Source of the DNA: Phoronis australis
Lineage: Eukaryota; Animalia; Phoronida
Assembly (NCBI GenBank): GCA_002633005.1
Contig: NMRA01000304.1
Coordinates: 27,200 to 91,199, forward strand
Length of the DNA stretch: 64,000 bases
Reading direction: 5' to 3'
Position 1 is the first letter of the stretch. The number at the start of each line of letters is the position of its first letter. The translations under genes and the position numbers were made by a program. The notes beneath the pieces are model-generated. The model was not told the DNA's origin. It ran no database searches and saw only the letters and a list, made by a program, of their open reading frames with translations. Shown here piece by piece: positions 38,623 through 50,950 of the stretch.

Positions 38623-39267
38623 GTTCAGACTTCTTCTTCTCAAGATTCACGATGATCTGTACAATTGCGGGTGATTGTGAGGCACTTCAGACACATCTAG
38701 TAATACTTTCGTTATAGGGGATACGATATTAAATAATGGACAAATCAGTGATTTTTCAGCGTTCTTAAATTTTAGCAGCCATCTTGAATTTCATTTCAAA
38801 TACTGATCATATCTGAATTTTAACCACACAAGTGAGTTTCTCACCCCTTAAAACCATAGACTAGAGCCAAAACTTATGTCTCTATCACAATTATTGAAGA
38901 AGTTATATCTAATTTTAGTGATTTCGAAACTTCATGGCGGCCATCTTGGAAATGACCCAATTAAATTATTTCCGGTGGTCAGATTTTGATAGACCTGTTC
39001 ATCAGTATACCCAGTAAGGCATAAAAAACCATTCAAGAACCTTTTGTTGCAATTTGTTGTGGGTCGGGTGGCTATTTGTCATAAATTAATTGCCCCGTTA
39101 AAAAATTGGCTCTTTGGGCTGACGAGCCAGTTGCATCATCTCTCATTTTCACATAGTCTCAGGCCCTTCTGCACTGGCGTACTCAGATTCTCTATTGTTT
39201 CATTTGCAGATCTTGTACAAAAACGTGGATGGACCATTTGACACTGATTTTCTGACCCGCTGGAAAA

Positions 39268-39581
39268 TCCAGTGCCCTCGCTGCAGGCGGTCCAGAAGGG
39301 CGACTTTCAGTTTTGATTTGTGACAGAGCAATTACTTCCTGGTTTTACGAGCGCACTGGGTACGATTGACTATTTTACTCACTCGCCGGAATTAGTCTTA
39401 CCGCTGGCCATGTACAGCTCTCGAGTTTCTTTTGCATGGATCTTTCGTTGGACATCAACTTCAGCTTCTGCAATCCTTGTTTTCTGCGGAACGGGAAAAT
39501 TCGGCGACTCAGCCCTGTCGCCGCACTCGCTACTAGTGTAGAGAGGCAGCTTTCTGTTGACTTCTCAGTGCGAGAGCACTG
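39268..39581. mobile_element. MITE with CAGTGC(C/T)CTCGC termini
   Basis: CAGTGCCCTCGC at the left end and GCGAGAGCACTG at the right end. Confidence 0.45.
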
Positions 39582-40184
39582 AATCACTAAGTCCCAATGA
39601 AGCGCACCTTGACAGGGTAACTATCTATCTTATTGTACTAACTTAGCATATTGAAAATGCCGTGAAAAATGAGTGAGATATTCTGTACTATATTGAATTG
39701 AATTAAAAGAAGATAAGCTTTCCGGTTTTTCCCAACAAGTTAAATGCCAAGGTGGTCGAAGCTGTCGCAAGGTGGCGTAATATGACCAGTGTCACAATGA
39801 CCCCTGTCGATAACTTCGATGGACCCCGAAGTTGAAGCTCTACCTGGCAAATGGTGAACGTAAACTACATGCATAATAGGCGGATTTAGGGGGGGAAGGG
39901 AGCCCCGGGCCTCCCGCCCCCTTGGCTGGCGCAAGGAAAATGAAACAACAGCGACAAGCGTGAGAAAATATTGAGTTCAGTAACTAGGACCGGCAGCGGG
40001 AAAGGGGCGGCTCGGACTCCAGATCGCGTTCCCGGTTCCTTTTTTTGTTTTTTCTTTTTTTTAGCCTACCCATAGATTTTCCGAACAGAAGGTTCACATT
40101 CCCAGTCCCCACACCGCAACTTTCGGGCCAATTCCCCGCGGCGACATGTTGTCCTCCCCCTTTTTGTATCCTAGATCTGTCACT

Positions 40185-40445
40185 GTAAATTAATTATTGT
40201 TAACGGTATTAATTAATTCGTTACTGTGTAAGTTAATTATTAACGGTTTAGTTGATTATTAACGGCGTAAATTAACTTTTTAAAATGGTGTAAATAAATT
40301 TTTATGGCCTAAATTCATTCTTTATGGCGTAAACTATTTACTTGCGGTGCGAATTACTTTTAACGGCGTAAATTAATTTTCACAGCGTAATTAATTCTTG
40401 ATCGCGTATTTGAGGCGCAAGTTAACTTTTAACGGCTTAAATTTA
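40185..40445. repeat. ~22-bp degenerate minisatellite (TTAACGGCGTAAATTAATT)
   Basis: Tandem units are visible. Confidence 0.7.
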
Positions 40446-40454
40446 GGAATCAGC

Positions 40455-40985
40455 CTGAATAAGACTTTTGCTGCTGGTAAGATGTCAATTTTAATCGAAG
40501 CCTTAGTGAATCACTCAGAAACACATAATTCTCTCTTTGTCAAACCGATTTCCAAAGCAACGCGTCATTATTGCCAACACAAAAAACCGCGGATTTGGTC
40601 TTTTTGGCAATTGAAGACTAATTTAAATATACCAAATTTGTTACGAACTGATACCACAAAATATAAAACTTGTAATGAGCATTACAAAAAGAAGGAGGTT
40701 TCGCGCGCAAACGCTGTGGACTATAAACAAGTAGGTCTCTCAGTAACATCATGATGAGTTAAAGCGCGGTGGTGCAGTGCCGGGTAAAGCACGAGCGCTC
40801 TGTCCGCCTGGTCGTGAGTTCGAGTCTGTGGTACAAGCAGTTTTTCCTCTATGACACTTTCTCCGTTTTTTCCTTTTCTTTTTTCTTGGATAATACTTCG
40901 GGAATCAAGGAAAATGCTTGATTTTTAGAGGAAAAAAACGAAAAATGTCTTGGGTGCTATGCGCATATGCATTCGTGCTCAAGCA
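40455..40985 (+). mobile_element. Second copy of the repeat with internal tRNA-like cassette
   Basis: GGTGGTGCAGTG...GGTCGTGAGTTCGAGTCTGTGGTAC at ~40768-40833. Flanks are homologous to the reverse complement of 12915-13410. Confidence 0.7.
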
Positions 40986-41384
40986 AATGTTTACAGACAA
41001 AATGTTGGTCCCCACCCTTGTGATGAATAATTGTGATATCCTAGATCCGCCACTGCCGGTGCCTGAGTGTTTTGAGTAAACTCAGTTCAGATTGGGCTGT
41101 GCTCTTGTCTACTAGTATACGGAAAAGCCACCATTGTGAGACGGCACATCCGTAGGTGGTACTGAAAAGTTAGGCTGCGGCCGCGGCCTAACTGTTCACA
41201 GTGCCACCTAACATGGTTCATCAACACGATGGCGGACCACTCCGCTCAACGAAAACCACGTGACTTCACCTCTAGTTATGTTTATCTCATTGTCCACCAC
41301 CAGCATTCAACTAAACTGGGTCAGCGTCAGTCGGAATATAGAACTATTTTACGATTTATGTACCGTATTATGCAACGGTCGAAC

Positions 41385-44079
41385 ATGGCGTCGATTGCTG
41401 TAACAGTCATATCTGTATTGCTGGCTCTGTTGTTCATTGTGTCGGGGTCTATGAAAGTGACGCCTGTGATAAATGAAGATATACACCAACACATGGTGAG
41501 ATAATCTCATACCGACAAAGTAGCTTTTTGTAAATAAGTCTATTCCGTACAGACTTTGGTTGAAGTAGGTGTCCAATGTAGACTTGGGCTGCAACTCGAA
41601 GTTAATTCGTTAATGTCTTGGTTTAGTTGGATATTGTGTTAGTTTATTTTGTGTTGTATATAGGGCTACCTGTTGCTAGTGGCAGCAGTAAAGGCAGACA
41701 CGAACTGAAACTTAGTTTTGACTCAAGGGTCTGTGCAGATCATCTAACGTGACTCCACTGCCGTAAGAAGCGCGGACCAAAAGCCCTGACCCCAGACCTT
41801 ATGACCCTGAGTTCTGTGTATGGATTACCTGACGATACCAACGGAGTACAGTCCGGTGGGGGCACACAGGGTCATTGTAACCTTGTTCATTACTAAGAAC
41901 CCTCACCTTTGGTCGACTCTCCCTTAATTCAATATTTATTTTTCTCTCTGACTGCTGCCGTCTGATTAGACTACGCTTCAGTTCATTTACTGCCAACAAG
42001 GCTGAAGAGAACCAATGCAGAGTTTCCCGAACTGCCGACTCTGATGCAAATGCTTGCTGGTCGAAATCGAGGCCAAAAGGTTGTCATTTTAAGAGACTGG
42101 TAGCGATAAGAAGTGATCTCTTAACAAGGTATCTAAACTACACGGTCAACGGACTCATAAACACGGGCACGGGCGCATGAACACGACTCACGGACTTGCA
42201 AACACCGTCAACTGACTCACAAACACGGGAACGGACTCACAAAACACGATCCACGCACCCAAATACACGGAAAACGGACTCATATTCACGAGGAAACACG
42301 GTTAACGGACCGCCAAACACGGGTCACGGACTCATCGGCTTCCTGGGTCAGCTGACATCTTCATTTTTTCCGTGACCCGTGTTTGGCGGTCCGTTAACCT
42401 TGTTTCCTCGTGAATATGAGTCCGTGTCGCGTGTATTTGGGTGCGTGGATCGTGTTTTGTGGGTCCGTTCCCGTGTTTGTGAGTCAGTGGACGGTGTTTG
42501 CAGGTCCGTGAGTCGTGTTTATGAGTCCGTTGACTGTGTAGTTTAGGTACCTTGCATAAGGTGATTCTAAAAATAGGGTCCCTTCTTCGGGCTGTGGAAA
42601 ATACAGTGGCGGATTTGGGGGGGGCAAGGGGGCCATNCCCCCCCCCCCCCGGCAGAAACCACACCCCTGTCAACATGGCTGGAGTACAATTTTCTGGAAA
42701 ATAACGAACATTGACTCTTTGTTCATCCATCTTATTTACAAATCAATAGTACGAAACCATCCAACTTTCCAGGCTATATGCAAATATTCAAGCATCAACT
42801 ACAGATATTAATTTGTAGCTATAAAAAGCTGTTTGTGTAACTTACACCAGTTCGATGGCACTGAAGGCGAAGGTTCAACCACAATCTCGTCATCTCGAGC
42901 GACGGAATGCGTGGTTGGTGGGGTTGGACATCTCGAGATGGCAAATTTTAACTAATTAGATGCAGTCATAATAAGACCGATATTCGTCTTCACTCATAAC
43001 TTCTTTCTTTCCGTAACAAATTCTATTGTTTTCAGCGTTTAGAATCAGACAAAACCTATATTATGCTTGTTCTTGCTCTAAAATTTTTGAAAATTATATT
43101 TTTCAAAATAATTATTAAAAAGTGCAAGAATTAAAAATATCGTCATTTTCATGAAAATCTTCGCGCCCATTCACAATGCGTGCGCATTCAAACTAGAGTA
43201 TCATTACCTTTGGTATATCCTGTACATTTCGCTGGTGTATTTAACAGAATCGAATGCGAATTAGTGTTGTCAGTAAGCCAACCTTTTTTATTTTCAGAAA
43301 AACGAGTTTAAAATCTACGCTGAAGTTTTCCCTTTCCAAAGTCTGACTGGCTGGCAACCAGAGGCTAATTTTTACAGAATTGCAATCGGAGTCATTGAGC
43401 TTGTTTGTGGGTTACTCATCGTGTTTACGTCAGGTATGCATATGTTGATAACGTATCACTAAATCATACGTTCGCTTCTTGGACGAAACGCACGCTTACA
43501 TCAGCTTTCGCTAAGTGGTATTTTGTTTGAATGTCTTGTGTCACACACTATGATATAAAATCCATTCACCATGTGCGTCAACAGTGACCACGTTGGGGAA
43601 AGATTATGCCATGACACAGCAGCTAGTGCCGGGTATACTTCGTGAGTTAGTTTTTTACATCTCAAGAAGAAATAGCAATAAAAAAGGCCAAGGCAAGGTT
43701 TTACGTGCTATATCATATCGTAAACACCGTGTGGTTCTGTGTATATGACATCAGCATCAAAGAAAATAAATTATTAATTAAACAACCCACAAAGCTGCAT
43801 ATAGATATGAATTTAAGCATCTTTACGTCATATGATTAATAAAAAGTAATAATTTTTATCACATTTTGACTTTTTCTCGTTACAGGTTCCATTAACTTAG
43901 TTGGGAATGTGACCCTTGCTGTTATTATGGTGGGCGCCATGTATACGCTTTGGATGCTTGGACGTGATTGCGGCGAAATGGTGCCGGCTATCGTTTCCTT
44001 TATTCTACTTGAATATCTCATGTGCACTATTCACATGGGCCCAGATCGCACGTCGGGAGAAGAAAAGAAGACAAAGTGA
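41385..44079 (+). CDS. TMEM35: TMEM35/NACHO-like DoxX-family ER membrane protein, paralog A; exons 41385-41495, 43298-43433, 43886-44079 (exon 3 apparently frameshifted)
   Basis: MASIAVTVISVLLALLFIVSGSMKVTP...; KNEFKIYAEVFPF...YRIAIGVIELVCGLL; VIMVGAMYTL. GT-AG introns in phases 0 and 1. Exons 1 and 2 are 111 and 136 bp, the same as in paralog B. Confidence 0.85.
42125..42555. mobile_element. Foldback/MITE with ~200-bp inverted arms in intron 1 of TMEM35 paralog A
   Basis: 42125-42330 is the reverse complement of 42369-42555, with a ~38-bp spacer. The arms are built of ACGGACTCA..AAACAC subrepeats. Confidence 0.8.
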
Positions 44080-44542
44080 TGAAAAGTCCGCAAGTGATAA
44101 CAAGACTAACGCGGCAGAAAGCAACTAAACTAACTGACTCGCGGATTCATCGACTTGGTGCATTTATTTGTAAATTCTCCTTTGCAGCCGTTGGTTGTTG
44201 TAGGCGTGGGTGTATCTATGTGCTTCTGCCGGTGCCCAATTAGTTACAACCGAAGCTGATGATGGAATTTTTTACCATTCCGGCTAACCGTCACCAGTGT
44301 GAAAGGTTCATTCTGTTTTCTGTTATAAAAGTTCCTCATTAAAACTGCGATACTCGCCGACAGACCTATTCCTAAAGATCTGGAACGGCCAATCGCTTAC
44401 GAACTGAACACGATCCGAAATGTCTAGTATGCTACATCGGTCCCCATAAACAAATTTTGTCCAATAGACTGCTGTCGATGACTTTTTCGTCATCGTGCTA
44501 AGCAATACGCACCACGACGTGACAATCTGAACTATTGGAGGG

Positions 44543-45105
44543 TTGCGACACTGCTGACGCTTTTCAAATGCATTATGGGACTTTTTGCGTCTTAAACATT
44601 CAGATAGCTTTATTGGTGTGTAGGTCCTTGAGTTTATCTCTTCCGATCGTATCCGTCACAGGTACCAATCGTTACACTATCTCGGTATAGTGCTACCCAT
44701 GTTTCTAAAAGGGTTATGAGTCATGTGGGGATTCGGGTTCCTGAGACTTGGTGATTGTGTAAGGGTGACAGAAAACAACACTCGTCACTTGAGTGCACCA
44801 GAATTGAAAGCACGGGCACAAAGACACTTCAAAGTGCTTTTTGGTGCCAGTACGAGAAAAACGACCATCTTAGATAAAATGAGCCACAAAATGCATAAGA
44901 TAAGTACAACAATCAGCAAGCATATTACGCGAAAAGATTTTCGAGACATTTTCCACTAAATCTGATCACATGAAGTCACTGAAATCCCTAAAACGCAAAT
45001 TATGAATCAAGTTACACGTTCACAATTTGCCTGACAAGGCCACCGGATGTTTACGATCCGACAACCGCCCCATAATGCATTTGAAAAATGATAGCAGCAC
45101 TGTGA
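44543..45105. mobile_element. MITE-like element with subterminal inverted repeats
   Basis: CTGCT...TTTTCAAATGCATTATGGG at ~44551-44579 is inverted at ~45068-45098 (CCCATAATGCATTTGAAAA...AGCAG). Confidence 0.5.
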
Positions 45106-45297
45106 ATGAAATCCCCGAATTGCGACCGATCATAGTAAACGGCATCTTTTGTATTTAAAGCGGCTACAAACCCTGCCTTCTACCACAAAATTTAGATCCA
45201 CTTATCGTTATGACTTCGGTCTTAAATTGTCCCCAAGTCAAATTGGAGATGCTCTCGGAGCTTCGAAAGAACTAATAGTTCGACTTTGCGCGATCAG

Positions 45298-45695
45298 GGC
45301 CCGTTCTCCAATCTTTTTCCTCGAACTGGAACTCGAAATTAGAATTGGCATTTTCTACTCTACTTTTGGGCGAACTCAAGATAAGTGTCTATTATTCTAT
45401 GCTCGAGTACACAATAAGTTACGTAGATAATTTATTGCCCTTAGTTCACAGTTTGTAAACCCAATATTAAAGCAATAAGCTCGAGTTTGAACTCGAAATT
45501 TCGAGTTTTACTCGAGTTTGTAGCACGAATATAAGGGTCTTCAAGGGCAAACTTGAACTAGAAACTCCTATGCATAAACTATAATATATTAGAGCTCAGT
45601 CTGATAACCAATTATGTTAAGTTCGCACAAAGGGAGCAGAGAAATTGCCAAAAATAGTTTCGAGCGTTTCGAGTACAAAGATTAGAGACCGGGCC
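45298..45695. mobile_element. PIF/Harbinger-type MITE
   Basis: TIRs GGCCCGTTCTCCAATCT / AGATTAGAGACCGGGCC with a 3-bp CAG TSD on both sides. Confidence 0.7.
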
Positions 45696-45763
45696 CAGGC
45701 TCTTCACTGAAGTTGGCTTGTCACGTGCCATTTTAAACACTGAACAGGGTCTCGGCTATTAAC

Positions 45764-46057
45764 CAGGGGCGGATCCAGGATTTTGATGTAGGGGAAGCCA
45801 GGGCACAGGAATAGCCAGAATTTCGCCACATGCGCGCGCCAACCCTAAAATGTAGGGGGTCTTGAACTTTCGGTTTTGTGGACCTTATTACTAAAAAAAA
45901 CGGCAAACTGGCTTTGTTCAAGGCTGTGCATTATTCCGCCCCCCGAGCCCCCTAGGTGCGCTCATATGTCAGCGCATCCTGAGATGCCAATGGGAATCTG
46001 TGAGAATTTTAGGGGGGGCATGGTCCCCTTGGACCCCCTCCCCTAAATCCGCCATTG
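45764..46057. mobile_element. hAT-like MITE
   Basis: Termini CAGGGGCGGATCCAGG and CCTAAATCCGCCATTG. No clear 8-bp TSD. Confidence 0.55.
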
Positions 46058-46731
46058 ATAACGACCTGTCGGTTGTTTGCAAACTCAGAAATCCGCTAAT
46101 CTGAGTAAGGGATGAGTTGGGATCAATTTCGTAGGGGTAAGTGATCTAATTCAGTTGACGGATGGAACGTTGATTTGTTTTATGGGCAATCTGTGATCTC
46201 AAATGTCACCTGCACGAGTGTGTCTTGAGCAAGTCGTAAACCGACACACTGCATTTTCTTTATACTGCTAATACCTGACGTCGCCCACGCTACTTTCAGT
46301 CGTGATCCAGTCGTAAACCGACACACTTTATTTTGTTCAAACTGATAAAAACTGGCACTATATATGTCTAATTGTTTGTTCGGTTATTGTCTTCGGCACA
46401 AAGCTTACATAGTTTGATGCTGGTGATTGTTTTACCTCTATCTTGTATATGTCTGTCAACTGAGAACTGGTTATGGTTGTAACGGTATGTTGAGAGAGAA
46501 TATATCATTTTGTATTTTTACAACAATCGCTATGTGAGCAATTGGTGCTTTCATATGGAAATCTGATTCTCAGTGAGAAATGACCGTTTTCTATAGAAAT
46601 AAAACCAGTTTGATTACGTACTAACATACGACGTGTTTGTTTTTAAGCCATGTCCACAGTGACATACCTTCGTTTGTTTTCTTTTCGAATATGACGTATT
46701 CACTGCGTTCGACAATAAATATGCAAACCAG

Positions 46732-46979
46732 GGGCCCGTTCCAACAAAACTGACTTAGCTAAGACAATTCTTAAATTTTACTAAATTTTAAAATAAAAGT
46801 TAAATTTGTCTCAAAATCATTTCAATAAAGAGATCTTTTTCTTGATTAATGTGTTTGAGGTAAGTTTTTTCTTAGTTTTGAAGAATTTACCGGATGTGGA
46901 AGTTTCAAAGTTTGGAAGTTAAGACAAATCTTAGACTTAAGTCAAAAATCAACTTAAGTCAGTTTCTTGGAACGGGCCC
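46732..46979. mobile_element. PIF/Harbinger-type MITE
   Basis: TIRs GGGCCCGTTCCAACAAAACTGACTTA / TAAGTCAGTTTCTTGGAACGGGCCC with a 3-bp CAG TSD. Confidence 0.8.
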
Positions 46980-48142
46980 CAGCTTCAGAACGACACTTTT
47001 TATTTTTATTTTTAACAACGTTTTCTTTGCGGATACAGCTTCCGTCGGCACGTATACTCGACCAAAAACCGTGAAGACCTTGAGACCCCCATCTTTCATG
47101 ATTTAATCGGCTTAGATCTCATCTCTCATGATTTAATCGGCTTTTTCTCGACTTCGGCAAATCAATTTAATTCAGTTGAACTTCGGAACACAAGTTCTCG
47201 AAAACGGCTCGGTGGGTTTCGTTGAAACTTTCGAAACTTTATATTTATTTATCAATCTCAGCGCTGTTTGGATTTTCGATATAAAGACCCAGTTTTTAAG
47301 TAATGTAAAAAACGAATAAGACTACTATTTTTTACAAAAATACGTTACTTTTTGAGGTTTGATTTGTCATTGACAGCCAAAGGAAAAGACTAATCGAAAA
47401 TTCCTATCAGCGTTTTTGAGGTAACTGGTGAAGTTTTCATTTAAAAAAGGTTTCAATTAAATCGACCGATGGGTTATTTTTGCTATGAATGTACCTTTCT
47501 TAAAAATGAAATTTTGACTTAAAAAAAGATGTTAAGGTAATAATAATAATGGGGAATAACTATAAAACGTATTTTATATACCGATCTTTTTTTCTTTCGG
47601 ATCGAGCCTAGTTTTTTACTGATGTACGAGAAAAAGTGGAGGCCACTAAATAAGGTTTGAAATAAGCTTATGTTGTACTTAAGTAATTTCACCCCTGGTT
47701 GAATAACGAAAATCGAATAAATTAGGCCTTCAATTATATATAGGCTGATATGAAATCGATCTCATATTCCTGACCGTCTTCAGTTCATTTCAATTACCAA
47801 CTGATGTCGGGCTTGTAAACCGCGCCATGAAGTTTGTTCAAATTTTCTTACGGTTTGAACTGATTGGTGACGCCGAGAAAGGTCTACGTTATGAGAATGG
47901 TTGATCTAAGTAAAAGTTTTAATTCGATTTGTCCTTTTGAGCGCGCTATACAGGTCGGAATGCAAAGGTCTGTCAGTAGTGCAGCCCGTGTCGCGCACAT
48001 ATCTTGCGGTAGTTTGTACTCTGAGGCCCCCTTACGGAACACAGATACATTAATTTGTTGTCCTATTGGTAGTATCACAAACTAATTTACAGTAAGAAGT
48101 CTTTTGTTGGAATCTTGGCGAGTCGAGCCGTTCCAAAAAGAA

Positions 48143-50950
48143 ATGGCTTCGATCGCTTTAACCTTTCTTTCTCTTTTCCTTGGATTCTTTTTTGTTTTCT
48201 CCGGTTCCATTAAGCTTACTCCTGCCGTTAATGAGGAGCTGCATAAAGAACTGGTAAGACCATTGACACAGTTTCTACCTTCAACTTCAAGACTGCCGGT
48301 GTTCCAGTCGGGGTTTGTCTTGATCACTTGATGTTCACAAGACATGGCCTGATGAGGGCCCAGGGATTTCTTACATATTAAGACTTGAATAAGAAATTTG
48401 GTCTTACGGTTCACACAATTATCTCTGAAAACTTAGTAAATTTTACTTGAGCAAAATGCAAAACTTCTGCAATAACTGCTAGTTACTGAGTTACTTTCTG
48501 GAATGTGATGCACTGATAATTACGTAACGAAACCTTTTTTCGGAAATTGTGAAGTGGGAGTTTAAGATCAAATTTCGTTCTCACTTAAAAGTCATTTTTA
48601 TGAAACATAAACCAGGCGCCCGTTTCAAACACGCAAGAACCTCACAAAAACGCAAGACTACGAAATACGAAGCCTGCAATGATCACACTAGCTTCCCTTG
48701 CTAGATTCTGGTCTACAGAACTGAAGTCAGAACTCAACCCCGAGCTGCAATCCTCAGGTGCAGGCCAATACAGTCGTAAGAAAACGAAAAAAGCTATAGT
48801 GTGAACCTTTGCTTCGAATGCATGGGGATATCTCACAAAGACCTGTGATCTTCCTTCTTTGTGAGTGTCTTGCAGTAAGGTTCACAAATTCACAGTTCCG
48901 TAGCCATGCTGCTAGTGCTTGGAGGTGTGAGTGTGTGATAACCTTATAACAGGGCCTTTTGCACCTGTGTAGTAACGAGATGTGTTGCAAGGTTTGCAAT
49001 GCTTGGTATGTCGCAAACCCATGACACTGTGGTCATGAAGTTTTGACGCTGCTATCAAGGCAAAGTGGTAACTGTTTTAACAAGAATTGCTTGACACTCT
49101 TGTTACAGGCAGGGTGGTGTCCCTGTTTTGTTTGGGAGCCTTCAATCTGAACGAAAATTGAAATGGGGTGACCAGAGCAGGGTATATTGGTGCCAAGCGG
49201 GCGGGAGAACTCAGTGATGATCATCCATTAATTGGTGGCATCCTGAGAGGACTATTGGTGGGGACCATTGAAGAAACTAAAATTTATCATGATCCAAGAA
49301 AAATACAGTTGATAATTTTATTGTGTGAAATGTGACGTGCACCCCCTATTCTATGAGTAATAGTTTTGCACATTTATGATCTGTGGCCAAGGGAAAATTT
49401 TCTCAGATTATTGTCTACTGTTAAACAGAAGAGTTATCAGCCCTCAAAAATAAAAAGTGGAGTCATTGTTTTAAAAATGGATTTTACGTTGGCGTCACTG
49501 CGAGAATTGTTCTGGTTCTTCTAGAGCTATAAGGTAATTAAATAATTTTCGACATGTGTTTATTACAGAAAGCCAACTTCAAGACCTTTCGAACTGTGTT
49601 TCCATTCCAAGGTTTAACGGGATGGAAGCCTAAGACGAGTCAATACCGTAAAGCAGTTGGTGGCATTGAGGTGGTCTGTGGACTGCTTCTGGCTTTCGTG
49701 CCAGGTAAAACATTCTTGTATTTAGACTCGATTGATACATCAGCACTTGACACAGCTGACAGTCTCTGGTTGCAAAATACAAGTGACTGCATATTTCCAC
49801 TCGTACTTTCAGATTTGGTCTCGTAAAAAGTGATGACCAAAAGAGCTGGACATCTGTGTGGTACCTATATTTTACTTTGTTCACTCCTATTCTACTTTTC
49901 CAGTTGCTTTTTGTTGCATGTGTCGAGCCGTGTACAAACATTAGTTGGCGTAACAAGTACAGTAAAATCTCACTAGTTGAGATTGTTATGTTGTGGACAA
50001 GTAAAAGTTTATTTTTCTGTATTTTTTTATAAAACATATCCTTCACCGAATTTATGCTTTTCAGTATTCAAGCTCTGTATCATAGGTGTCATTAGGCAAA
50101 ATTTTGAAAAATTACGAGTATTCACAACAATGATGGAAGACCTTGAAAAAAACAAAAAACAATTTTGGCGATTATTTTTGTCTGATTAGCATGGCAGCAG
50201 TGTCAACTATAGGACAGGTGCCCAACTAGTACACATGTGCAGCATTGACTAGATTGGTGTCGGTGACAATCGGGGTTCTGTGAAATTTGCAAAGTCATAT
50301 CTAACGTTGCTGAGAACTTCTGATCTTATCAGAATAAGGTGAAATCTGACTTTGCTGAAAGGTCGAGTGCTTGAACTTGAAAAAATTGTACTGAGGAACT
50401 TTGTTTACCTTAACCAAAAGCTTTGATCAGAGTATGGTGAAATCGGGGCCCGTAACTACCAAGTTTTACTCTATACTCGCCTTGAAAATTGAGGAATCTG
50501 GTTCCTTGCTTCAAGTATTTTTGTTAATTTCACGCAATGTGATGGAACAATTTTTGAGTAAAGTACTAGTATGGTGGTCGCCGGCCCTGACTTAACTGAA
50601 CGACAAAGTGCTTGGACTGGAGATATCCCAAGTTATGCACATTTTTACTGTACTTTGTGAAAGACGAAATTTAAACTATTTAAAACAAAACTGCTAACAC
50701 ATTAACTTGTTGCTTCTTCGCAGGTTTTTTGAAGCAAGTGTCCAACTTGATTCTTACTGCCGTTATGGTGGGAGCCATCTACACTCATTGGGCCCTAGGG
50801 CAAACAGTATCCAAGATGGCGCCAGCTCTCATATTCTTCTTTATGCTGGTCTGTAGATATGTTGTCTACCTACAAGTGAGGTCGAGAGAAAGGGCCATGA
50901 CCTCGGTCACCGAGAGCAAGCAGACAGAAGATGATAAGAAAGAGCAGTGA
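48143..50950 (+). CDS. TMEM35: TMEM35/NACHO-like DoxX-family ER membrane protein, paralog B, 157 aa; exons 48143-48253, 49569-49704, 50724-50950
   Basis: MASIALTFLSLFLGFFFVFSGSIKLTPAVNEELHKEL / KANFKTFRTVFPF...YRKAVGGIEVVCGLLLAFVPG / ...VMVGAIYTH...MAPALIFFFMLVCR...DDKKEQ. Canonical splice sites, four hydrophobic helices and a C-terminal KKxx. Confidence 0.92.
50446..50587. mobile_element. Short Harbinger-type MITE in intron 2 of TMEM35 paralog B
   Basis: Imperfect TIRs GGGCCCGTAACTACCA...TTTACTC and GAGTAAA...TGGTGGTCGCCGGCCC. Confidence 0.5.

Larger units (their letters stand above)
34300..39074 (-). mobile_element. Decayed Academ (AcademX-like) DNA transposon with ~250-300-bp TIRs
   Basis: 34300-34550 is the inverted copy of ~38765-39074 (GACCCACAACAAATTGCAACAAAAGG, TGGGTCATTTCCAAGATGGCCGCC, TAGTCTATGGTTTTAAG). 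The right end terminates in CTA. Internal transposase remnants are present. Confidence 0.8.

Noticed and set aside
41229-41384. N-terminal extension of TMEM35 paralog A from upstream in-frame ATGs
   Set aside because: Paralog B begins at the equivalent MASIA, so ATG 41385 is preferred.
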